From the human T2T-CHM13v2.0 reference genome, Homo sapiens: a stretch of DNA of 64,000 bases. Shown in pieces: positions 15,293-27,160 of the stretch. The position numbers and the translations under genes are program-made. Below the pieces are notes generated by a model, which was not told the origin of the DNA, did no database searches, and was given only the letters and a program-made list of their open reading frames with translations. The number at the start of each line of letters is the position of its first letter. Positions within the stretch are counted from its first letter, which is position 1. The stretch is taken from NCBI RefSeq assembly GCF_009914755.1, contig NC_060931.1; one strand, given 5' to 3'.

Positions 15293-17924
15293 TGAAAATA
15301 TTTATAGTCTTTTTAATTGCTTCTTACATAATATATTTTCATAATGTATTTATTTTAGGTTAGTACATAAGTCTTTCATTTCCCCCCATGTGGTAAGTAC
15401 AAAACATCTCATTGTTCCTATCACAGAAAACACACTAGTAGAACAGGAAGATGTTTTATTTGATATGTTAGGTTCTAAAAATACAGTTAAATATAAAATC
15501 CAATGAGTCTGTAGTTCTGATATGCTAAAAATACATAAAATCACTTTGGATACTATTAGGTTTTCTTCATTGCTGATGGTGAGGGAATTAAGAGTACAGT
15601 TAAGGTGCAGATTTTTATGTAAGTTGTGGATTTTGATATTGTTTTATGAGAAAGAATAGTGTATTAAGGAGTTTAATAGATCTTACATTTTCAACCACCA
15701 TTAATCTTTAAATTTTATGATTTAACTTTTGAATCCTCAGTTAAGCGTTGTGATTTCTTTGATAATATTTCATTAGATTTTAAAATTTAACATTAATCAA
15801 ATTACATATAATTAAATCCAGTGTTATTGGAGAAGAATCATGACATGCCAGGGAGATGAGGAAGGAGTATATTCAGTACATATTTTTTAATACAAAAAAA
15901 GAACACTGGTTATTAATTGCTTCATATAAGTGTACTGAAAAGTGTCAATTTCTAGAATGCATAGGCCATATTCCTTGCTTAAATTTATCTGCAACTATCC
16001 TGAGTTCATATGCAACTATTTTAAAATTAATGCATATGTATAATAAATTTTATTGATGAATGATAAATTTAGGTAAAATTTAATACACTTATGTACACAA
16101 ATATAGAGCTAAATTTGCCTTTTTAAAAATTATGATGCTATGGTATGATTCTCATATTTATGTCTCTATGTGATATATAGTCACTACATTATCTTGTGTT
16201 CCTTAAATACTAATTACAGCTTGTTTATAGCCAAAATTCTTTCTTCTACAAGATAGAGAATGAAATAATATAGTATGGTTTCTTTCCTATCTTATTCTCA
16301 TTTCCTGACAAGTAAATAGTGTTATCAACTTCAGTTTCAGGTCTTTAGTTATGATGATTTCTCTTCATGTAATAAAATATCATTTTTGTGAGTTTCTTTC
16401 CTTTATTCTGCTGTCACTGACCTGGCCCACAAAAATACAATTTCATAGAGCATTTCTTAGACAGTACTTTCAGAAATGTCATTGCACCACTAGAGAATTG
16501 GCATTTTCTTTGCCAAGATGTCATTCCTAATAATACAGTGTCTTAGGAAGTGAAGCTGGGAGAAATAGCTAGCAGGGTGGTGAAGGATGGGTTGCCACAT
16601 CTGTAAATAACAGTGATTTGCAGGATGATGATCTCACCAATAGGGCTCATCTCCTCTCTTCCTCTACATTAGGATATTCAGCAGCACCAGGGTGAGGCTG
16701 TCAAGGACCCCAGTGGGGACTGAGAGAGATGATGGAAGCTGTTTTGCATTTTAGTCATTCCTGATTGAACTCTAGCTCTCCTCATTGCAGAAGGTAAGGC
16801 AGCAGGATGTTCTATACAGACAAACAGAACTTATCTTTCCATGCTGCTAAGTGCAGTTCCTCTCTCTCCTAGAGTTATATTCACTCTGTTATTCAACCTA
16901 AAATTCCTTTAAGGGGACATGGTTAGGTAATGTTGGTGGAAAAATCAGGGCCCGTATTCAGGTGGGAATTTAGTGACTTACTCTGCGGTTGCTACTGCCA
17001 AGCTCTGGGGGAAATTTCTTCAGTCATTGTACCAGAGAAGATGCAGTGAGTGTATTTAGGTTTTTACTAGACAAAATTGTCTAAAAGATAGTGTCCATGT
17101 TCCTTTGAATCACACTGCACATAACCTGTAATAGCACCACAATCATGGTCATATAAAATTTTCTACAGAGATGAAGCTGCACATGGAAATATATCTTAAA
17201 GCAGATTCCACTATAGACTAAGGAACAGGGACCTGCTTCAATAAAAGCATCTTCTTCCAGGGACCAAAATATGTCATTTCAGAAGACTTTGTGGTACTAA
17301 AAAAGTTAAACTAACAAACAACAAAAGTGTTTTACTAGCTAAAAAAACTGAAAACTACAGGTGCAATGCAATAGGCATTACTAACATCAATATCCAATTC
17401 ACTCCTACTGTCTGAAACAGAGTGACACAGACCATGCTTTTCTCACACTAGCAGAACTCAAGGTATTTTCATATTTGCGTGGTCTCAACTTTTCCAAAAT
17501 TGTCTTCCTTCATTCACCCATTTGTCTTTTCTGCTCCAATTATGCAGAGCTAAGTACTGGTAAAGGAGCACACACCTGTGTCCATATTCCCTTACTTAAA
17601 AAGATCCTGGCAGTGCTCTGTCCAATTGTATAATAATTCCACTAGTTCTTTAACATCTGCTTCATGACAAACTTTTTCAATCATGCCTTCTGTGATTGCC
17701 TATAGCCCAGTTTGATAAATTCTTATAAATTTTTGTGGGTTATGTTATTTGAACATCAAAAATCAAATCAGAGTTTTGACCATATTAAACAAGTTTAGTG
17801 AACAATGAGAGAGGAGATAGTTCTGTCTCACCAAACTGTTCTCCACGACTGTCAGGGGAGATGATGATGACAATTGTAGTATAGAGTAGTATCTTCCAGT
17901 CACTTTAAATTTTTTGCATGTATG

Positions 17925-18085
17925 AAAACATTTATGTGAAAACCTTGTGAAATATATACTCACATTATTAGTATCTCACAAGTGTAGAAATTGAGGCAAT
18001 GAGGTAGTGAGCTACTTGCCAAAGGTCATAGAGTTAGCAGGTGCCAGGGCCTGTGTTTGAATCCATGCCTAACTGTCATACTGTA
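17925..18085 (-). mobile_element. MIR
   Basis: gaaattgaggcaatgaggtagtgagctacttgccaaaggtcatagag...tttgaatcca. Confidence 0.75.
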
Positions 18086-18209
18086 CTTAGCAGTCAGAGG
18101 GCACAGGCTTTTAAAAATCTTATCACTTAATGGCTGATAATCCAGCACGTAAAAATCAGAATTAAAGAACACTTAAAAGACACTTAAATTCATTTCAGAA
18201 AGAAATGGG

Positions 18210-18570
18210 TCAGGAAAACTTAGGACAGACATGGTAAGAAGAAAATATAGGGTAGACATGTTTACTGTCTTCAAGTATTACATAGGCTGTGAAATACGGG
18301 GGATTAACTTATCTTAAATTGCCCCAGGACTAGAATTAAAATCATTAGGCACATATTTTCACCAAAAATATAAAGAAGCTATTTCTACCTGTCAGAACTG
18401 TCTAAAAATAATTTCAAAAAAGCTTTGTGAGAGAGAACATTTCCCATAGCTGAAAGTTTCCCCACTTTGGGCTAGTTGACATCTTTTGGCAAGAGTTTTG
18501 TCGGTGGGTATCAAATATCAGAAACTAGTTAGAACACACAGATTGTAAGAACCTGCACATTCCATGAATT
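18210..18570 (+). mobile_element. L3/CR1 3' fragment
   Basis: actgtcttcaagtattacataggctgt...aaatataaagaagctatttcta...tcagaactgtc...ttcccatagctgaaagtttc. Confidence 0.6.
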
Positions 18571-20048
18571 ATCAGAAGACTGTCCTCTGACTGCTGGGAC
18601 TCGGAGGCAATTTAATACCATGGGTAGATCAGGGACAGAAGGCAAAAATGTGAAGGAGGAAAATAGGAAATAAAAATGGAAATGGAGTGGGTGGGTGATG
18701 ACTGGGAGAAGAGCAAAAAAGATAAACCGTCATCTAGTGAGGCCCCACTGGGCAGAGTCGCTAAGGCAGGAAGAGTTGAGCCCCTGTACAGCCTTTCTCC
18801 CACCTTTCCAATGTTCACACGTTTAACAGTGGTTTAGGGTTGGTTTAGCTCTGCTGTTATGTTTTTCCTTTGAGACAGCTTTTTCCTCTTTAGTTAGGAA
18901 GGCAGAGCTCTGACTCTGTTGTGGAGCAAAAGCTATTAAAAGAAAATTGTGGTATATAAAATGGAGACACATTTTTGATCGTATTTCAAAGGATTTGAAG
19001 GGAAAGACAAGAAAATCAATAAATGCATGGATTCTTTTACACTTTAAAAAGACAATTCTTTCCTTTCTAAAGTCTGTTTCTGGGTGTTCCTGCTGTGAAA
19101 TCAGGCCATAACACAAAGATTTGATGGAAATTTACTTGGTAAAAGGATAAAATAGTAAACAGAAGAGTGAAGGTTTCAGTTGCTTCCCACCCTTTCTACT
19201 TTTTGACAAGTGATAATGCCTTCATTGGGAACCATGTAGTTTTCAACGTGTTTATTTGGTTAGAGGAAGGTTGACATTCATTTTTAAATCTAAAGTATAA
19301 AACAAAGTCCTTTTTATTAATCATAATTCCCAATATTTTACAGATTTAAATTATCTATGACCCGGGGAATTCTTTCTCATTGTTATTTTGGCTAACAAGA
19401 ACATAAATAACAGTTACATAATACCATAAAGAGAAAATCACCATAATAAAATCTCTGGCAATTTGTGAACATAGGTCTCCATTTGAGATTCTTGATGATT
19501 TATTGTAAACAACAAACTATTTTAAAAATTTAAAAAATAATAATTTTTGATTTGAGGAGATTTTTTCCAAACCAAATCCTTCTCCTTTCATTAAGTAGAA
19601 AAATGGAAACTCTGCCCCTGTAATTACTCCATGTAATTGGAAATTTTGTCCTGATTCATCTAAATCATTTGGTTCTTGCTAGGAGTATTAGATGGTATTA
19701 ACTTCTCTTTCTCTGTGATGCATAGCATTTTTAAACATTTTTATTTTGAGATACTGTGGGTGTGCATATACTTATAAGAAATAATAGAAAGAAATCCCAT
19801 GTACACCTTTCTCAGTTTCTCCCACCAGTAGCATCTTGCAAATCCATAGTAAAATAACCAAGATATTGACATTAACACAGTCAAGACACAAAACAGTTTC
19901 CTTACCAGGACAATCTCTCGGATGGTCATTTTATAGCCATACCCATTTTTCTCCTGCTTCCACCCATCCTTTAAGCCCTGACAACCACTATTTCTTCATT
20001 TCTATCATTTAGTCATTTCAAAAATGTTGTATAATTTGGATCATATAG

Positions 20049-20417
20049 TGCCTTAATCTGTTCATGCTGTCATAACAAAATGCCATAGACTGGGTGGCTT
20101 AACAGAAATTTATCTTCTCACAGTTCTGGAGGCTAAGTTCAAAATCAAGCTGTTGGCCAATTTAGTTTCAGGTGAAGGCTCCTCTCCTGTCTTGCAGATA
20201 ACTGCCTTCTTGCTGTGTTCTCACATGGCCGAAAGAAAAAGCCAGCAAGCATTCTGGTGTTTCTTCTTATAAGGGCACTAATGCCATTATGAGGGTCCCA
20301 CCCTCATGACCTTATCTAACTTTAACCACCAAAGGTGCCTTCTCCAAACACCATCACCTTAGGGATTAGAGCTTCCATATATTAATTTGTGGGGGATACA
20401 AATATTAGTCCAGAACA
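20049..20417 (-). mobile_element. MLT1A0-like MaLR LTR
   Basis: cataacaaaatgccatagactgggtggcttaacagaaatttat...cagttctggaggct; TSD tatag/tacag. Confidence 0.85.
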
Positions 20418-20645
20418 TACAGCATGGAGTGTTTTGATAGTGGCTTTTTTTTCCCACTTATCATAATTTTCTAATTTATCCAAGTTGTCGTGTGTATTTA
20501 TAGTTCATTACTTTTTATCACTGAGTATTATTGTCTAATATGAATGTGCCATAGGTTGTTTAACCATTCGCTTACTGAAGGCCATCTGGGCTGGTTCCAG
20601 TTTTTGGCTATTACAAATAAGCTGCTATAAACATTTGTGTACAGA

Positions 20646-20659
20646 GTGTGTGTGTGTAC

Positions 20660-20714
<55 letters not shown>
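20646..20714. repeat. Compound (TG)n(AG)n microsatellite
   Basis: Directly visible. Confidence 0.95.
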
Positions 20715-20715
<1 letters not shown>

Positions 20716-20798
20716 TTTCTTTTCCCTGGGATAAATGCCTAGGAGTACAATTGTTGGGTCATATAAAAGTTGCATGTTTAGTTTTTAAGAAATGATCA

Positions 20799-22178
20799 GC
20801 TCCCTCTCCCTCTCCCCACAGTCTCCCTCTCCCTCTCTTTCCACGGTCTCCCTCTCCCTCTCTTTCCACGGTCTCCCTCTGATGCCGAGCCGAAGCTGGA
20901 CTGTACTGCTGCCATCTCGGCTCACTGCAACCTCCCTGCCTGATTCTCCTGCCTCAGCCTGCCCAGTGCCTGCGATTGCAGGCGCGCGCCGCCACGCCTG
21001 ACTGGTTTTCGTATTTTTTTGGTGGAGACGGGGATTCGCTGTGTTGGCCGGGCCGGTCTCCAGCTCCTAACCGCGAGTGATCCGCCAGCCTCCGCCTCCC
21101 GAGGTGCCAGGATTGCAGACGGAGTCTGGTTCACTCAGTGCTCAATGGTGCCCAGGCTGGAGTGCAGAGGCGTCATCTCGGCTCGCTACAACCTCCACCT
21201 CCCAGCTGCCTGCCTTGGCCTCCCAAAGTGACGAGATTGCAGCCTCTGCCCGGCTGCCACCCCGTCTGGGAAGTGAGGAGCGTCTCCGCCTGGCCGCCCA
21301 TCATCTGGGATGTGAGGAGCCCCTCTGCCTGGCTGCCCAGTCTGGAAAGTGAGGAGCGTCTCTGCCCGGCCGCCATCCCATCTGGGAAGTGAGGAGCGTC
21401 TCTGCCCGGCCGCCCATCGTCTGAGATGTGGGGAGCGCCTCTGACCGGCTGCGACCCCATCTGGGAGGTGAAGAGCGTCTCTGCCCGGCCGCCCCGTCTG
21501 AGAAGTGAGGAGCCCCTCCGCCCGGCAGCCACCCCGTCTGGGAAGTGAGGAGCGTCTCCGCCCGGCAGCCGCCCCGTCCGGGAGGTGAGGGGCGCCTCTG
21601 CCCGGCCGCCCCTACTGGGAAGTGAGGAGCCCCTCTGCCCGGCCACCACCCCGTCTGGGAGGTGTACCCAACAGCTCATTGAGAACGGGCCAGGATGACG
21701 ATGGCGGTTTTGTGGAATAGAAAGGGGGGAGGGGTGGGGAAAAGATTGAGAAATCGGATGGTTGCCCTGTCTGTGTAGAAGGAAGGAGACATGGGAGACT
21801 TTTCATTTTGTTCTGTACTAAGAAAGATTCTTCTGCCTTGGGATCCTGTTGATCTGTGACCTTGCCCCCAACTCTGTGCTCTCTGAAACATGTGCTGTGT
21901 CCACTCAGGGTTAAATGGATTAAGGGCGGTGCAAGATGTGCTTTGTTAAACAGATGCTTGAAGGCAGCATGCTCGTTAAGAGTCATCACCACTCCCTAAT
22001 CTCAAGTACCCAGGGACACAAAAGCTGCGGAAGGCCGCAGGGTCCTCTGCCTAGGAAAACCAGAGACCTTTGTTCACTTGTTAATCTGCTGACCTTCCCT
22101 CCACTATTGTCATATGACCCTGCCAAATCCCCCTCTGTGAGAAACACCCAAGAATGATCAATAAAAAAAAAAAAAAAA
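20799..22178 (+). mobile_element. Full-length SVA retrotransposon (hexamer, Alu-like, short VNTR, SINE-R, polyA)
   Basis: CCCTCT hexamers; gatgccgagccgaagctggactgtactgc Alu-like region; GC-rich VNTR ~21240-21665; SINE-R; AATAAA and polyA; perfect TSD aagaaatgatca at 20787-20798 and 22179-22190. Confidence 0.98.
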
Positions 22179-22836
22179 AAGAAATGATCAAACTCTTCCA
22201 GAGAGGCTGTATCTTCTTACAGTCACACCAGTGATTTTTCCCATTTTCTAATTGGAATTATTATTGAGTTTTAGAATTTATTTATATATTCTATATTCTC
22301 ATCCTTCATTTGTTACGTAATTTTCAAATATTTTCCTCCAGTCAGTATCTTGCATATTCCTAACAGGACATTTAGCAGAGCAAAAGTTGTGAATCAATGA
22401 TGTTTTAATTTGTCAAATTTTCCTTTTACAGAATATGCTCTTGGTGTCAAGGATGAGAACTCTTTGCCTAATTCTAGATCCAAGTGATTTTCTCAGATAT
22501 TTTTTCTTTAAGCTTTATAGTTTACATTTTACACTTAAGTGTGTGATCGTCTGTGATCCATTTTGAGTTACATTTATATAAAGTGAGTCTTTTGTTTCAC
22601 TTTTTTGACTATCAGTATCCAAGTGTCCCAACACTATTTATTGAAAAGCCTCCTTCATTGAATTGTGTTACCTTCCCTCTCTCTCTTAAATGACAGGAAA
22701 TTCCAAATGAAGCATGGAGTTTAGCTACCCATTCCAAACTAAAGTTTTTGTTTTTAGTCAAACTTCTTCCACATCTCATATGTCATCTTATGCCTTTGTA
22801 CCCAGGCACAAATATGGTACACAAAGTTGATGACCA

Positions 22837-22840
<4 letters not shown>

Positions 22841-22879
<39 letters not shown>

Positions 22880-23169
22880 CAGTTGGAGGAGTCTCACTCC
22901 TTGCCCTGGCTGGAGTGCAGTAGCATGATCTCGGCTTACTGCAACCTCTGTCTCCCAGGTTCAAGCAATTCTCCTTCCTCAGCCTCCTGAGTAGAGTAGC
23001 TGGGACTACAGGTGCGCACCACCGTGCCCGGCTAATTTTCGTATTCTTAGTAGAGACAGGGGTTTCAATGTGTTGGCCAGGTTGGTCTCAAACTCCTGAC
23101 CTCAGGTGACCTACCTGCCTTGGCCTCCCAAAGAGCTGAGATTACAGGCGTGAGCCACCACACCCAGCC
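22841..23169 (-). mobile_element. AluSx-like with a T32 tail
   Basis: Full dimer; ccattct on both flanks; internal gagta duplication. Confidence 0.95.
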
Positions 23170-23288
23170 CCATTCTCTTATTTTTCTAAACAATCATCTA
23201 AACCTTCACTTATCTTATTATTGAGAACATTAACAACTTTTACATTTGCATATATCTTTTATATTGTTAAGGAACCAGAATAACTTAC

Positions 23289-23369
23289 GCTGTTAAAGAA
23301 AAAAAGGAAAATGTTGGCTGCTCCAAGCCAAATGGCAGGTGATTAGTATATTACTATCATTTCCTAGTA
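23289..23369 (-). pseudogene. Relic exon, WW2-like
   Basis: Acceptor ttttgtttggcag|, donor GC|gtaagt (phase 2); LPFGLEQ (23318-23338) resembles MAGI2 LPYGWEK. Confidence 0.5.
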
Positions 23370-23580
23370 CTGCCAAACAAAATTATGTTTGGAGACTGGC
23401 CTGAGAGATGAAGTCTGTCCCCTGCTGCAATGACTTTTTACAGGTTCAGATCCTTTCCCAGACTCTGGTGAAATTTAACGGGTGGCAGGGGATGATCTTT
23501 CTCAATGCCAACCTAGCCAATGGGCCTCCATGCTATGGATCCCAAAGTTGAAGACTCAATTTCAGCAATTTCAATTAATT

Positions 23581-23641
23581 CACAAAATCACTTACTTTGG
23601 TTTATACTAAACCTGAGAGAGAAAAATCAGGCCTGGTTTGT
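23581..23641. repeat. 61-bp dispersed direct repeat, copy A (copy B at 24480-24540)
   Basis: 56/61 identical; all five differences are transitions. Confidence 0.95.
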
Positions 23642-23864
23642 GCATCTGCTCCCAATTGTTCTTGGAAACACTTCCTCCTCTACTCAATCAACTCAATTCT
23701 CTCCCGAGTTCACCCAATGTGTTGATAAATTATTTCTTAAATTCTGAAAACAAAGATCTTCTGACTACTCACTCCCAATCAATTCTTCCAAGAAACTTTA
23801 CTCTTACTGATACCAAGATGATTTATTCCTAATCAATACGTGTAATTCATGGCTCCACTCTTAC

Positions 23865-24031
23865 CAGATAAAGAAACATTTAATCTTTGGTGGATATATC
23901 AAATAAGAGCTGTATTAATCTCTAAGTAGGGTATATAATGGACCAGCTTCTCATACTTGGTCTTGGAATCAGTCTTTTCAATATCTCTTGGGACCAGTGT
24001 ATTATTGATATTTGCAGAATATTTTGTTTTC
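23865..24031 (-). pseudogene. Relic exon between the WW-like segments
   Basis: Acceptor atgttttatttcccctattcaagttttag|G, donor CTG|gtaaga; in phase with the upstream 42-nt exon; one internal stop. Confidence 0.45.
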
Positions 24032-24370
24032 CTAAAACTTGAATAGGGGAAATAAAACATTTCTAAAGAAATGTGAAAGTAGGAAACTAAAATGACTGTC
24101 TCAAGATCATGCCAAAAGTTCTGGTACATGTTTATTTACTGTTCATTTTAAAACTGTTTCACAGACAAGGACCTGAGAAATGCCAACTACATTCCAGAAA
24201 TTGTTATTCAAATTGAAACCTTTAAGGAGATTCTTAAATGTATCTTATCTTGGATTTTGTATTTTAAAACTTTTTATTTCCAGAGTAAGAGCAAAAAAGA
24301 AACTATGTACTTGTATATCACAAGTAAACAATTTCGGGTCCCTGGGGTTTGTTATTACTTGCAAGCTCAC

Positions 24371-24511
24371 TTGTTTGCCTTGTGAATTATCTATGCTTCC
24401 TCTTCAAAATCACTGAAATACATTTCCTTATAGAAACCCAATAATCTTGAGATAGAATGGTGTAATGTATCATCCAAAACACAAAATCACTTACCTTGGT
24501 TCATACTGAAC
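24371..24511 (-). pseudogene. Two small relic exons (24495-24511, 17 nt; 24371-24412, 42 nt) with an 82-nt GT-AG intron
   Basis: tttttctttctcag|GTTCAGTATGAACCAAG|gtaagt and tatttcag|...CAA|gtgagc; spliced reading VQYEPSDFEEEA*IIHKAN. Confidence 0.5.
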
Positions 24512-24798
24512 CTGAGAAAGAAAAATCAGACCTGGTTTGTAAATAGGAATAAAATTTCCCTACATTTTTAATGGAAGATATCTGAGGTGTCAGAGTAGAG
24601 AAAAAAATGGCTTTTGCTTCCTAGAATGGCAAGTCAATGTCATAATAGTATTACCATCTTTGTGAGTTGCTCCTTTTTCATAGTCTCATCTTCAAAAAAA
24701 AAACTCAAGAATAAAGCAAAACTTTTTTGGGTGAAAATATATTAATTTTCTAGTCTGCATACTGGCTGTTATCTGTATAATTACTGGTTTGACTTAAC

Positions 24799-25014
24799 CT
24801 CGGTATACAGGAAATTCTTTAAAATGGTTTTTTTGTTAAATTTTGACAGCTGCTTTCATTTTGACAGACATCTAGTGAAGTGTTTCCTATGCAGTATGAC
24901 AGTGCCAGCCATGACGTTAATTGCATCTTTTGTTGGAAAATGCCACATGTAACATTTCAAACAGAATCCAAACACCAGGATGACTATTCATTTATTTTGC
25001 TTTGCAGTAGAGTT
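24799..25014 (-). pseudogene. Relic exon, WW1-like
   Basis: Acceptor tattttag|, donor GAG|gttaag; QLTSWLALSYC..TSLDVCQNE resembles MAGI1 KTTSWLDPRCL...PLEECEDDE. Confidence 0.55.
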
Positions 25015-25557
25015 CTAAAATATTAGACTTCATTTTGTCTTTCTCAGTTTTCTAATTGACTACTTCAACTATGTGCACTGATCATATTAGCCAGCACTAT
25101 CAGTTAACTAGATAGTCTAATCAAGGATGTCTTTTATCAACAACATGCCATACTCAGTCCTTTTAAGAACATGTTAGAGTTTTAATTGGTTTTTAAGTGT
25201 AAAGTTAATTTGAGAAACAAGTCAGTATCTTTTCTAGAAAATCATAAAATGTGAAATATAACTTCAGACTTAGAGACATTGATATGAATGTGCATAAAGT
25301 AATGTAAAGTAATTTAACAGTAATTAAGTTTCTTAGGGTTTCTGTTGCTACTTTGGACAGGAAGATCTTTCTTAGCATACATTGCAGAAGTGTTATCGCT
25401 ATGCACTGTATGCTTTCTTATATGTGTTTATTCATATATTGATTTAAGAAATACTACAGAATCTATTCAATGCCAGGTACAATAGTGAGAAAAATAATAA
25501 ATGGTTGCTGCCTTCATGAGCGTTGCTTTACATCAAAATATTGTTTTAAAATAATAC

Positions 25558-25657
25558 GTAGTATCATCGAAAGGCCCATGTTTTCTTGCACCTGGAATCA
25601 GCTTTGCCATTGGATATATAACAACCCCTTATCTACAATCATAAGGTCCAATTTTGC
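25558..25657 (-). pseudogene. Relic exon, post-GK segment
   Basis: 70-nt intron upstream; LIPGA resembles MAGI2 ILPGA; donor weak. Confidence 0.35.
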
Positions 25658-25728
25658 CTTATAAGCAATACAATAATTTTTACCACAATTTTATTCATCA
25701 CAGGGTCAAGTTGTGTTTAACTATTTAC

Positions 25729-25824
25729 CTTCTTGAGAGACTTAAAATCCACAGCCATATTTACAATACCACAAATTCTAACCTTAGGAAATTAAAACAT
25801 CCCTGCTTGTTTTCTGATTTATTA
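25729..25824 (-). pseudogene. Relic exon, guanylate-kinase-like
   Basis: GCFNFLRLEFVVL* resembles MAGI1 GVDYNFLTVKEFLDLE; ends GAAG|gtaaat, matching the remembered MAGI ...YEG| exon end. Confidence 0.6.
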
Positions 25825-25889
25825 CTGCCATGACAATGCAAAGAAAATTAAAAATGAATCTGAAAGTGTGCCAGATCATTTAGACTCAC

Positions 25890-26119
25890 TACAGGAAATA
25901 TTTTCACTGAACTAATCATTATTTTTTGGGTTTGGTGGTAATGATCAGTTGCTGTTTTGTGACATCTATTTCCATATTGATAAAGTCAATTTGTTTATCA
26001 GATTTGTGCTCCTACTGGTGCAATTTTAAAAAATTGACCATCAGCAACTGGTGTCATCCAATGCGCTTGGAAGCATTAGTCAAAATATGAACATCCAAAC
26101 TTCATTATTGATGGAGCCA
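25890..26119 (-). pseudogene. Relic exon, MAGI exon-2-like (PDZ0-GK linker)
   Basis: Acceptor gtctttttctccag|, donor GTA|gtgagt; GSINNEVW resembles INKDLR; IDVTKQQLII resembles MAGI3 IDHKLQQVI. Confidence 0.55.
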
Positions 26120-26179
26120 CTGGAGAAAAAGACATTTAGAAATGACTGAGAGTATATTGATTATCATATGTTATTATGA

Positions 26180-26400
26180 TATTGAAGGGACTAACTGTTC
26201 TCAATTTGCTGTTTAGGCTGTTGGGACATCAATAGAGTTATCAGCACTGAATCAGATGATGCATTATTCATTTGCTTTCAGCCTTGACCCATTACTTAAA
26301 TATAAGTTTGAGATTTTCTAACCACCTCTTATGTTTTATCTTAACATTTGCCTTGAGTGAACGTCTGCTCTTATAGATTTATTTTAATGGCTTTCAAATC
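26180..26400 (-). pseudogene. Relic PDZ0-like first coding segment
   Basis: IRGG...YL, SNGSRLKANE* resembles MAGI2 ESGSKLVSEEL; KLRTVSP resembles MAGI3 RLKTVKP; boundaries uncertain. Confidence 0.45.
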
Positions 26401-26934
26401 TAGATCACTCTCCTAAACACAATTTTCAATAATTTGCTCTATATCTTTATACTATTTCTTTTTTATTATATCTTTGAGATTTAACTGAGGTGCTAATCCC
26501 AAATTCTGTTAAATGTCTCTTGTTTCCTAAATTGATTTTCTATCATTTAGCTAATTCAAAATATTGGTAGTGGCTAACCTCTACTTCTTGTCCTAACCTC
26601 TACTTCTAATTTACCAAAATGGGCACTTTTTTTATATTGGTGTTCTATTTTTTATTTCTAATGCCACCTAAGTCAGCCCATATATATTTTTTGGGTGTGT
26701 ACAACACACATTTGCCTATTTCCATAGCCTTCCAACATACACTTTCTCAGAGTTCTCTTTAAAAATTATAGGATCATTCTTATTCCTACATTGCTAGCAA
26801 ACCCTTAGTAGCTCATCACCCCAAGCTCCCAAGCCTAACATCAAGGCCCTCTCCATACTTGTTTTCCTGCTTCCACACATGCCCACTTCCAAACTACTCT
26901 CCTCATACACCCAAGAGGGACAAGTTAAACATGC

Positions 26935-27160
26935 AAATCAGAGCAGGTCCCGACACTGCTTATGGTAACAATGTATAAGCTTTCCATTGCTGCTAGAATA
27001 AAATCCAACTTCTTTTCCTCGGGGTTGTTCATGGTCTGGCCTGACTACTTGCCTGTCTTTCCAGATTCTATTTGTGCCACTCTACTCTTTGTTATGTTCT
27101 GGAAACAGTGTTCTTGATAATTAAAAAATACTTTATACACTGTGTCCTCTTAAGTAGATG
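26935..27160 (+). mobile_element. L2 fragment
   Basis: tttccattgctgctagaataaaatccaactt...tcatggtctggcc. Confidence 0.5.

Larger units (their letters stand above)
19728..22670 (-). mobile_element. L1MD-like element hosting nested MLT1A, microsatellite and SVA
   Basis: gaaatcccatgtacacctttctcagtttctcccacc...gcatcttgcaaa...gatattgacatt; homology resumes after each insertion. Confidence 0.8.

Noticed and set aside
21240-21665. Regular GC-rich repeats as a CRISPR-like array
   Set aside because: This is the SVA VNTR, with no unique spacers, in a eukaryotic context
20792-22157. Cluster of overlapping ORFs
   Set aside because: GC-rich SVA sequence lacks stop codons; these are not genes
24844-24902. 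Three TGACAG (MEIS/TGIF) motifs as an enhancer
   Set aside because: They lie inside the WW1-like relic exon; motif evidence alone is insufficient, though exaptation is not excluded
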